From: Janthinobacterium sp. ROICE36
Lineage (GTDB): Bacteria > Pseudomonadota > Gammaproteobacteria > Burkholderiales > Burkholderiaceae_D
Direction: 5' to 3'
DNA length: 24,000 nt
Assembly: GCF_002869965.1 (NCBI RefSeq)
Contig: NZ_PEBS01000035.1
Coordinates: 29,608 to 53,607 of the forward strand
Part shown: positions 15,411 to 22,756 of the stretch, piece after piece
Numbering within the stretch: the stretch's first letter is position 1
Layout of the letters: every line of letters starts with the position of its first letter
Position numbers and translations under genes: made by a program
The notes under the pieces: generated by a model
Database searches by the model: none
Seen by the model: the letters and a program-made list of their open reading frames with translations, nothing else
Told to the model about the DNA's origin: nothing

Positions 15411-15458
15411 GTGAAGGCCATAACCATGCCCGTAACGCCGCCCAGTGAAGGAAGAAAA

Positions 15459-15959
15459 ATGAGCCATACTTTTGAAGCGGCCGCCACGCAAGCCGCCCAT
15501 CCCAACAGCGTTCCCGTCAGCGAGCTGGAAGCCCATCTCGGCTACTGGCTGCGTTTCGTCTCCAACCACGTTTCCCACAGCTTCCAGAAAAAAGCCGAGG
15601 CCAACGGCGTGACGGTGTCCGAATGGGTGGTGCTGCGCGAAATGTTCCGCCTGGGCTGCACCTCGCCCACGGTGCTGGCGCAAGTATCCGGCATGAGCAA
15701 GGGTGCCGTGTCGAAGCTGATCGACCGCCTGGAAAGCAAGGGCATGGTCAGCAAATCGATCCTGCTGGCCGACCGCCGCCAGCACTCGATCGAATTGACC
15801 ACGGAAGGCGAAGCGCTGGTGCCCGTGCTGGCCGGGATGGCCGACCAGAACGACGAGGAATTCTTCGGCAAGCTACCACGCCAGCTGCGCGACGACCTGC
15901 TCGAAGCGATGAAGGAAGTGGCGCGCACGCATCAGCTCAAAAGTGCGCCCTTGAATTAA
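15459..15959 (+). CDS. MarR-family transcriptional regulator
   Basis: Frame of ORF 15411..15959. I prefer ATG 15459, behind GAAGGAAG. The wHTH is VTVSEWVVLREMFRLGCTSPTVLAQVSGMSKGAVSKLIDRLESKGMVSKSILLADRRQHSIELTTEG. Alternative starts are GTG 15411 and ATG 15426. Confidence 0.85.
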   Translation: MSHTFEAAATQAAHPNSVPVSELEAHLGYWLRFVSNHVSHSFQKKAEANGVTVSEWVVLREMFRLGCTSPTVLAQVSGMSKGAVSKLIDRLESKGMVSKSILLADRRQHSIELTTEGEALVPVLAGMADQNDEEFFGKLPRQLRDDLLEAMKEVARTHQLKSAPLN

Positions 15960-16038
15960 GGCAGCTTGCGGCAAGGGTGAGACGGTGGCATCGGCGCTTC
16001 GGCTATGATGCAGGCCTGACCGTCTACCAGGAACACGC

Positions 16039-16956
16039 ATGGCCCTGCACATCGAAACCCCTCTGCTCAACTCGCGCACCCTGAGCCTGCACAGCGACCG
16101 CGCCATCTGGCTCAAGCTCGAAGCCTTGCAGCCGCCCGGCTCCTTCAAGATCCGCGGCATCGGCCTCGCCTGCGAAGAATACGCGCGGCGCGGTGCCAGC
16201 CGTTTCATCTCTTCTTCCGGTGGCAATGCCGGCATCGCCGTGGCCTACGCGGGACGCCAGCTGGGCATTCCCGTCATCGTCGTGGTGCCGGAAACGACCA
16301 GCGAACGGGCCCGGGCCCTGATCGCGCAGGAAGGCGCCGAAGTCATCGTGCACGGCGCCGCCTGGCAAGAAGCGAACGCGCTGGCGCAGTCGATGCTCAC
16401 GCCGCAAGACGCCTTTTTACACCCGTTCGACGACCCGTTGCTGTGGCAGGGCCATGCTGGCATGATCGATGAAGTGGCCGGCGCTGGCCTGAAACCGGAC
16501 GCGGTGGTGCTGTCGGTGGGCGGCGGCGGCCTGCTGGCCGGCGTGGCCGAAGGCTTGCAGCGCAATGGCTGGGACGACGTGGCCCTGGTGGCCGTGGAAA
16601 CCGAAGGCGCGGCCTCGCTGGCCGCCGCCGTGGCCGCGCGCGACCACGTGGCCCTGCCCGCCGTGAGCAGTATCGCCACCTCGCTGGCCGCGCGCCAGGT
16701 GTGCGCGCAAGCCTATGCCATCAGCCAGACGCGCCGGCTGCACAGCGTGGTGGTCTCGGACCGGGCCGCCGTCGATGCCTGCCAGCGTTTCATTAGCCAC
16801 CAGCGCCTGGTGGTGGAACCGGCCTGCGGTGCGGCGCTGGCGGCCGTCTACGGCAAGGCGCCGGAACTGGCGCCCTACCGCAATGTGCTGGTCATCGTCT
16901 GTGGCGGCGTCACGGCCACCACGCAGCAGCTCGACCACTGGAACGCCACCCTGTAA
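16039..16956 (+). CDS. PLP-dependent (fold type II) serine/threonine dehydratase-family enzyme
   Basis: 305-aa ORF. PLP-lysine motif PPGSFKIRG, SSGGNAG, and the glycine loop VVLSVGGGGLLAG. The short length, with no ACT regulatory domain, suggests a catabolic SDS/TdcB-like or racemase-like enzyme. Confidence 0.85.
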   Translation: MALHIETPLLNSRTLSLHSDRAIWLKLEALQPPGSFKIRGIGLACEEYARRGASRFISSSGGNAGIAVAYAGRQLGIPVIVVVPETTSERARALIAQEGAEVIVHGAAWQEANALAQSMLTPQDAFLHPFDDPLLWQGHAGMIDEVAGAGLKPDAVVLSVGGGGLLAGVAEGLQRNGWDDVALVAVETEGAASLAAAVAARDHVALPAVSSIATSLAARQVCAQAYAISQTRRLHSVVVSDRAAVDACQRFISHQRLVVEPACGAALAAVYGKAPELAPYRNVLVIVCGGVTATTQQLDHWNATL

Positions 16957-16962
16957 CGCCGG

Positions 16963-17877
16963 CTAAGCAGCCGCCTCGAGCAGCGCCACGCCTTCGCGGA
17001 AGATAGCGATGCCGATGCTGGTCGTCACCGGCAGCGGACCGCTGGCCAGGTCGAAGGGCTGGCGGATGGCGGATGGCGTCGATGATCTTCGCGCCGATCT
17101 GGCGCACTTCGGCCGCGCTGTTCACGCCTTCGAAAATGATCACGAATGCATCGCCGGGATGGTGGCCCAGGCTGTCGTTGATGACCTTGAACTGGTCTGG
17201 AAGGCGCGCTGCAGGTAGGCTTCGCGCAATTGATACGCTTCTTCGCCCAGCACGTCGCGGATCGATTGCATCATGCTTTCCTTGCGCGACCGGCCGAACC
17301 ATTTTTCAAACGTGGCGTTGATGAACTGGTAGCGGTGCTCGCGGTCGATGTAGACGATCACCACGGGTACATGGTCCGTCAGCAGCTTCAAGCGCCGCTC
17401 GCTGTCGCGCGTCTGCGCCTCGATGCCCAGGCGCTGGCGGCGGATTTCATGCACATGATGGCGCAGGCGCGCCAAAGGCTGCAGCAGGCGCAGCAGCACG
17501 GCGCCCCGGCCGCCGGGTCGCCAGCGTCTGGTCGAAATACGGACGGCCTTTCAGGTTCATCCCTGCCTGCGGCTTGACGGGGCCCATGCTGGCCAGCAGG
17601 GAGCCATCGGCGGCTACCACGCCGGCCGTATAAAACTCCTTGCCCAGCACCGTTTGCGCGGCCAGGAAACGCTGCAGGCTGGCGCCATCGTGCGCAGCAC
17701 ATTGCGCTTCGCGTCGCGCTCTTCGTCGATGAAGACGGCGGCGCTGGCCAGCGATACGTACTGCTGGCGCCCCGTCACGTCGCGCATGCCGCGCTCGACC
17801 ACGCTCATGCGCGCCTTCAGGCTGGCCGGCCGGCGCCGGCGCAGCAGTTTGCGCAATCTCATACGCATCGCCACCAC
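16963..17877 (-). pseudogene. Eroded sensor diguanylate cyclase (Cache-like / HAMP-like / PAS / GGDEF), with at least 3 frameshifts and several internal deletions
   Basis: Colinear fragments lie in different minus-strand frames. (a) Cache-like: DGASLQRFLAAQTVLGKEFYTAGVVAADGSLLASMGPVKPQAGMNLKGRPYFDQTL. (b) HAMP-like: VLLRLLQPLARLRHHVHEI. (c) PAS: LLTDHVPVVIVYIDREHRYQFINATFEKWFGRSRKESMMQSIRDVLG. (d) GGDEF: DQFKVINDSLGHHPGD-AFVIIFEGVNSAAEVRQIGAKIIDAIR. (e) QPFDLASGPLPVTTSIGIAIFREGVALLEAAA*. The total is about 915 nt, against the roughly 2 kb or more expected for such an architecture. Confidence 0.75.
17061..17074. repeat. 7-bp tandem duplication GGCGGAT GGCGGAT (followed by GGCG) inside the GGDEF relic
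   Basis: Read directly from the sequence. On the coding strand it is ...GAC GCC ATC CGC CAT CCG CCA GCC.... Removing one CCATCCG copy restores the reading IDAIRQPFDLASGPLPVTTSIGIAIF. Confidence 0.85.
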
Positions 17878-17881
17878 ACCG

Positions 17882-18412
17882 TCACAGCCGCTGCTGCAAA
17901 TGCCGGCACAGGCGCTCGACCGACGCGTCCAGCGCCAGCGTGCCCGTATCCAGGGTCAGCGCGGCAGCCAGCGGCGCTTCATAAGGCGCGGAAATGCCCG
18001 TGAATTGCGCCAGCTGCCCCGCGCGCGCCTTTGCATACAAGCCCTTGGGATCGCGCGCCTCGCACACGGCCAGCGGCGTGCTGACGTGGACTTCAATGAA
18101 GTGCGCGGCGCCGATGATGTCGGCCGCCATGGCCCGGTCGGCGCGGTACGGCGAAATGAAGGCGGCGATGACGGTCAGGCCCGCCCCGTTCATCAGGCGC
18201 GCTACTTCAGCCACGCGGCGGATGTTTTCATGCCGGTCTTGCGGCGTAAAACCCAGGTCGCGGTTCAAGCCATGGCGCAGCTGGTCGCCGTCGAGCAGCG
18301 CCACGGCGCGGCCCTGCGCCTTGAGCGCCTGCGCCAGCGCCTGCGCAACGGTGGTCTTGCCGGCGCCGCTCAAGCCCGTCAACCATACCGTGGGGTGTTG
18401 TGCTGCTGTCAT
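17882..18412 (-). CDS. cysC: Adenylylsulfate (APS) kinase, stand-alone
   Basis: Frame of ORF 17882..18415. ATG 18412 lies 7 nt after GAGAGG; GTG 18415 is an alternative start. P-loop [12 protein letters not shown], then [55 protein letters not shown] and [11 protein letters not shown]. Confidence 0.9.
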   Translation of the reverse strand: MTAAQHPTVWLTGLSGAGKTTVAQALAQALKAQGRAVALLDGDQLRHGLNRDLGFTPQDRHENIRRVAEVARLMNGAGLTVIAAFISPYRADRAMAADIIGAAHFIEVHVSTPLAVCEARDPKGLYAKARAGQLAQFTGISAPYEAPLAAALTLDTGTLALDASVERLCRHLQQRL

Positions 18413-18474
18413 CACACTGCCTCTCTTTTATAGAGCTGGCAATATAACAAAGGCATGCTGGAAAGGACAGATTT

Positions 18475-21144
18475 TCAGGCCGCGCTACGCGCCTCAAACA
18501 GCAACTGTCGTATCTCGGGCACGCAGGAGCCGCAATTGCCGCCCGCCTTGATGCAAGCTGTCACCTGCGCCGTCGTCGTCAGCTTCTGTTCCACGATGGC
18601 AGCACAAATGGTGTTGCGCCCCACGCCAAAGCACGAACACACGGTGGGACCGGCGTCGACACCCTTGCCGATCGGCTGGCCCAGCAGCACGCCGGCGCGG
18701 TCCGCCGCATCCATTTGCGCATGCGCAAACAGGCTGGCCAGCCAGCTGCGCGACGGCAGGTCGGGACGGGGCGAGACATACACGCATTGCGCGATGCGCC
18801 CCGCTTCCAGGTGCACGGCGCGGTACACGCCGGCGCTGGCGTCAAGGTAATCGAGCCAGTCGGCCTCTTCCCCTTGCACACCGAGCAGGGTGCGCGCCCA
18901 GGCGCCCAGGTCGGCGATGCGCTGGCGGCCTGCCAGCTCGTAGCGCAGGAATTGCTCGCCCTGGATGCGCGTCCAGTGCGCCACGCCATCCAGATTCAAG
19001 GGCGTGCGGCTCAGGACAAACGCATGCCAGTGCACGCGGAACTGCTCGATGCGCACGGGCGTGTGCTTGAATTCTGGCTCGCCCGAGACAGGATCGACGA
19101 CCGGATTGACGACGGCGCCCACGCGCGCGTCAGAGGCATTCGCGTCGCTCCAGTGTATCGGCACGAAGACCTGGCCACGCGCAATGCCGCCGCCATGCAC
19201 AACCCGCGCCACCATCGCGCCCCAGGCGCTGGAAACGCGCGCCAGCTCGCCTTCGCGCACGCTGTACAGCAGCGCATCCTGCGGGTGGATGTCGATGAAC
19301 GCTTCGGCGACATGGCCCGACAGCTTGGCTGCCTTGCCCGTGCGCGTCATCGTGTGCCACTGGTCGCGCACCCGGCCAGTGTTCAAGATCAGCGGATAAT
19401 CTTCGTCGGGCGCGTTGCGCGGCGCGCGCGGTGCCGTGGGCACGAAACGCGCGCGCCCGTCCGCATGCGCAAAGCGGCCGTCGCCGAACAGGCGCGCTCT
19501 GCCCTGCGGCCACTGCTGCGGCGCCAGCGCGTCGTATTGCGCCGCATCGAGCTTGTCCAGGCCGGCCAGATTGAACAAACGCGCCAGCGCCCCCTCGTTG
19601 CGGAAGGTGGACAGGCGCGCATGCTCGTCGAAGATGGCCTGCGGCGACGTGAAATCAAAACCGGCATAACCCATGCGCGTGGCGACATCGCACAACACTT
19701 GCCAATCGGCGCGCGCCGCGCCAGGCGCCGGCATGAAGGCGCGCTGGCGCGAGATGCGCCGCTCGGAATTGGTCACCGTGCCCTCTTTCTCGCCCCAGCC
19801 CAGCGCCGGCAGCAGCACGTCGGCATGCGCGTTCGTATCCGACTGCGCGCTGATGTCCGACACCACCACCAGCTCGCATTTATCCAGCGCGCGGCGCACC
19901 TGGTCGGCGTCCGGCATGCTCACCAGCGGATTGGTGGCGATGATCCACACGGCCTTGACCTTGCCCGATTCGATCGCGTGGAACAGCTCCACGGCCTTCA
20001 AGCCAGGTTGGCTGGCGATGCGGGGAGCATCCCAGAACGTCTGCACGGTGTCGCGGTGCAGTGGGTTGTCCAGCTCCAGATGCGCCGCCAGCATGTTGGC
20101 CAGGCCGCCCACTTCACGTCCGCCCATGGCGTTCGGCTGGCCCGTCAGCGAAAACGGGCCCATGCCGGGCTGGCCGATACGTCCTGTCGCCAGATGGCAG
20201 TTGATGATGCTGTTGACCTTGTCCGTGCCGGAGGACGACTGGTTCACACCCTGCGAAAAGGCCGTAACGACCTTGCGCGTGGCGGCAAAGGCCTGGTAAA
20301 ACGCCAGCATGGCGTGCGGGTCGAGCTTGCAGATTTTCGCCACCTGCAGCGGATCGCCGCAATCCACATGGGCGGCCGCCAGCGCCTCGTCGAGTCCCGA
20401 ACTGTGGCGCGTGACGAAATCGTCGGCGATCACGCCTTCCTTCGCCAGATGGCACAGCAAGCCGTTGAACAGCCACACGTCGGTGCCCGGTTTGACGGGC
20501 AAATGCAGGTCGGCCAGCTCGCAGGTGGCCGTGCGGCGCGGGTCGATCACCACCAGCTTGACTTCAGGCCGGCTTTCCCTGATGCGCGCGATGCGCTGGA
20601 ACAGGATGGGGTGGCACCAGGCCGTGTTTGAACCGACCAACACGATCATGTCGGCCAGTTCCAGGTCTTCATAGCAGCCCGGCACAATATCCTCGCCAAA
20701 CGCGCGCTTGTGGCCCGCCACGGCCGACGACATGCACAGGCGCGAATTGGTGTCGATATTCGCGCTGCCCACATAGCCCTTCATGAATTTATTCGCGATG
20801 TAATAGTCTTCCGTCAGCAGCTGGCCCGATACATACAGGGCAACGGCGTCGGGACCGTGTGCATCGATGATGGCGCGCAAGCCGCCAGCCACCTTGTCCA
20901 GCGCCACGTCCCATGAAGCCGGCTGCAAGACGCCGGCGACGCGCACCTGCGGCTGCAGCAGGCGATTCTCTGGCCCCAGGGTTTCGCCCAGCGCCGAGCC
21001 TTTTACGCACAGGCGCCCCAGGTTGGCCGGGTGGCTGCTGTCGCCGGCGATGCGGATGGCGCCGTCGGGCAGGCGTGTCGCTTCCACGCCGCAGCCGACG
21101 CCGCAATACGGGCAAGTGGTTTTCACGGGCGTGCAGCTTGTCAT
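18475..21144 (-). CDS. nasA: Assimilatory nitrate reductase catalytic subunit (Mo-bisMGD, N-terminal 4Fe-4S, C-terminal BFD-like 2Fe-2S module)
   Basis: Frame of ORF 18475..21174. I prefer ATG 21144 (MTSCTPVKTTCPYCGVGCGV), behind AGGA and 11 nt after the upstream stop. 4Fe-4S motif CPYCGVGCG...LCVKG. Molybdopterin oxidoreductase body. The C-terminus is CSCFGVGRNTICAAI...IKAGGNCGSCVPEIRQLL (Cys-x-Cys ... Cys-x2-Cys BFD-type). Confidence 0.9.
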   Translation of the reverse strand: MTSCTPVKTTCPYCGVGCGVEATRLPDGAIRIAGDSSHPANLGRLCVKGSALGETLGPENRLLQPQVRVAGVLQPASWDVALDKVAGGLRAIIDAHGPDAVALYVSGQLLTEDYYIANKFMKGYVGSANIDTNSRLCMSSAVAGHKRAFGEDIVPGCYEDLELADMIVLVGSNTAWCHPILFQRIARIRESRPEVKLVVIDPRRTATCELADLHLPVKPGTDVWLFNGLLCHLAKEGVIADDFVTRHSSGLDEALAAAHVDCGDPLQVAKICKLDPHAMLAFYQAFAATRKVVTAFSQGVNQSSSGTDKVNSIINCHLATGRIGQPGMGPFSLTGQPNAMGGREVGGLANMLAAHLELDNPLHRDTVQTFWDAPRIASQPGLKAVELFHAIESGKVKAVWIIATNPLVSMPDADQVRRALDKCELVVVSDISAQSDTNAHADVLLPALGWGEKEGTVTNSERRISRQRAFMPAPGAARADWQVLCDVATRMGYAGFDFTSPQAIFDEHARLSTFRNEGALARLFNLAGLDKLDAAQYDALAPQQWPQGRARLFGDGRFAHADGRARFVPTAPRAPRNAPDEDYPLILNTGRVRDQWHTMTRTGKAAKLSGHVAEAFIDIHPQDALLYSVREGELARVSSAWGAMVARVVHGGGIARGQVFVPIHWSDANASDARVGAVVNPVVDPVSGEPEFKHTPVRIEQFRVHWHAFVLSRTPLNLDGVAHWTRIQGEQFLRYELAGRQRIADLGAWARTLLGVQGEEADWLDYLDASAGVYRAVHLEAGRIAQCVYVSPRPDLPSRSWLASLFAHAQMDAADRAGVLLGQPIGKGVDAGPTVCSCFGVGRNTICAAIVEQKLTTTAQVTACIKAGGNCGSCVPEIRQLLFEARSAA

Positions 21145-21155
21145 GGGGTGTCCTG

Positions 21156-22406
21156 TCAGGCGGCCTGGGCGCACAGCGCCTGACCAAACAATAAATAGGC
21201 GCGCAGTTTGCTGATGTCGCGGCGCTGCTGGATCAGGTCAAAATACCAGGGACCATCCTGCACGTCGCCATACAGCACGACACCGGCCAGGCGGCTGCCC
21301 TGCACCACCAGACGCTTGTAGATGGCGCGGCGCGGATCGCGCAGCACCAGGTCTTCGCTGCCCTCGCCGCCGATGATGTCGCCGGCAGAATACAGGTCGA
21401 TGCCCGTCACTTTCAATTTGGTGGCGCTGGCCTGCTGTACGTAGCGCCGGTGCCCTGCGCCGGCCAGGTGCGCGCCGCACACGCGCGCCTGCTCCCAGAT
21501 GGGCGCCACCAGGCCGAAGGTGGCGCGCCGGTGCTGCACGCATTCGCCCACCGCATACACGCGCGGGTCATAGCTTTGCAGGCAGTCGTCGACGACGATG
21601 GCCCGTTCGCAGTGCAGGCCGGCCGCCTGCGCCAGGGCGATGTTGGGGCGCACGCCGGCCGTCATCACCACCAGGTCGGCGGGGATCGACGTGCCATCGG
21701 CAAAGCGAACTCCCTGCACGCGCTCGGTGCCGAGGATTTCCGCCGTTTGCGCCTGCATCAGGAAACGCAGGCCGCGCGCTTCCAGCGCCGTTTTCAGCAG
21801 GATGGATGCGGGAACATCCAGCTGCTGGTTCATCAGGGCGCCGCTCATGTGCACGACAGTGACGTCCATGCCCTGGCGCTGCAAGCCGTTGGCCGCTTCC
21901 AGCCCCAGCAAGCCGCCGCCGATGACCACCGCGTGGCGGTGCGCGCGCGCCGCCTGCAGCATGGTGTCGACGTCGCTGATATCGCGAAAACCGATCACGC
22001 CGGGCAGCGCGTGGCCCGGCACGGGCACGATGAACGGCGTCGAACCGGTGGCCAGCAGCAGGCGGTCATAGCGCACCTCGATGCCCGACTGCGCTTGTAC
22101 CGTGCGCGCCTGGCGGTCAATGCGCACCACGGGGTCGCCCGCGTGCAGGGTGATGCCGTTGTGCGCATACCAGTCACGCGTGTGCAGCATGATGTCGTCC
22201 ACCGTCTTTTCGCCAGCCAGCACGGGCGACAGCAAAATGCGGTTGTAATTGCCGTGCGGCTCGGCGCCAAACACGGTGATGTCGTACAGCTCCGGGGCGA
22301 GTTTCAGCAATTCCTCGACCGTGCGCATGCCGGCCATGCCATTGCCGACCACCACGAGCGAGGGGCGCGCAGTTGCCTTGGCTGGCGGGTTCACAGGGCC
22401 ACCCAC
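21156..22406 (-). CDS. FAD/NAD(P)H pyridine-nucleotide-disulfide-type oxidoreductase, predicted electron-donor subunit of assimilatory nitrate reductase (Klebsiella NasC-like role)
   Basis: 416-aa ORF. Two dinucleotide folds: LVVVGNGMAGMRTVEELL and AVVIGGGLLGLEAANGL. NirB N-terminal-like but without Fe-S or siroheme domains. The GTG start at 22406 overlaps nirD by 16 nt. Alternative GTG 22394 would form a GTGA overlap with the nirD stop. Confidence 0.85.
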   Translation of the reverse strand: MGGPVNPPAKATARPSLVVVGNGMAGMRTVEELLKLAPELYDITVFGAEPHGNYNRILLSPVLAGEKTVDDIMLHTRDWYAHNGITLHAGDPVVRIDRQARTVQAQSGIEVRYDRLLLATGSTPFIVPVPGHALPGVIGFRDISDVDTMLQAARAHRHAVVIGGGLLGLEAANGLQRQGMDVTVVHMSGALMNQQLDVPASILLKTALEARGLRFLMQAQTAEILGTERVQGVRFADGTSIPADLVVMTAGVRPNIALAQAAGLHCERAIVVDDCLQSYDPRVYAVGECVQHRRATFGLVAPIWEQARVCGAHLAGAGHRRYVQQASATKLKVTGIDLYSAGDIIGGEGSEDLVLRDPRRAIYKRLVVQGSRLAGVVLYGDVQDGPWYFDLIQQRRDISKLRAYLLFGQALCAQAA

Positions 22407-22753
22407 ACCATGTCCGCAAACACGCGCGCGGGCCAGGTGGCCACCGAGTGTTCAGGTGCTTCGATGCACTCGCCGCTGGCCAGGTCGAAGTGCTGCTTGT
22501 AGATGGGCGAGGCGACAACGACGCGCTCGCCGATGCTGCCCACCAACCCCCGCGACAGCACGGAAGCCCCTGCATTCGGGTCGATATTGTCGATGGCGTA
22601 CACGCGCGGCGCGGCATCGCCGACGCGGAACACGGCCACGTGGCGCCCGTTCAGCAGCGCGCACACGCCCGTATCGGGCACGATGTCCATCAGGGGGCAG
22701 ATGGCCATCCAGTTGTCGGCAGTGGCGCCGGTAAGTTCATTCATCGCATTCAT
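22391..22753 (-). CDS. nirD: Nitrite reductase [NAD(P)H] small subunit (Rieske-like fold)
   Basis: 120-aa ORF. WMAICPLMDIVPDTGVCALLNGRHVAVFRV...YAIDNIDPNAGASVLSRGLVGS...VASPIYKQHFDLASGEC. ATG 22753 is 3 nt after the nirB stop and is preceded by GGAGG. Confidence 0.9.
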   Translation of the reverse strand: MNAMNELTGATADNWMAICPLMDIVPDTGVCALLNGRHVAVFRVGDAAPRVYAIDNIDPNAGASVLSRGLVGSIGERVVVASPIYKQHFDLASGECIEAPEHSVATWPARVFADMVWVAL

Positions 22754-22756
22754 GGC

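Noticed and set aside
15229-15414. 61-aa ORF (MSYFFNLPRQQYGYLLDIDFYL...) inside the AT-rich spacer
   Set aside because: It has no Shine-Dalgarno sequence and no recognisable fold or signal. Its codon usage is unlike the neighbouring genes. An open frame of this length is unremarkable in a short AT-rich tract with few stops in that frame. I kept it only as part of the spacer finding.
18715-20631. 638-aa plus-strand ORF
   Set aside because: It is antisense to the clearly conserved nasA. The translation is Arg/Ala/His/Gly-rich and low in complexity, as is typical of the opposite strand of high-GC genes. It has no motifs and no RBS.
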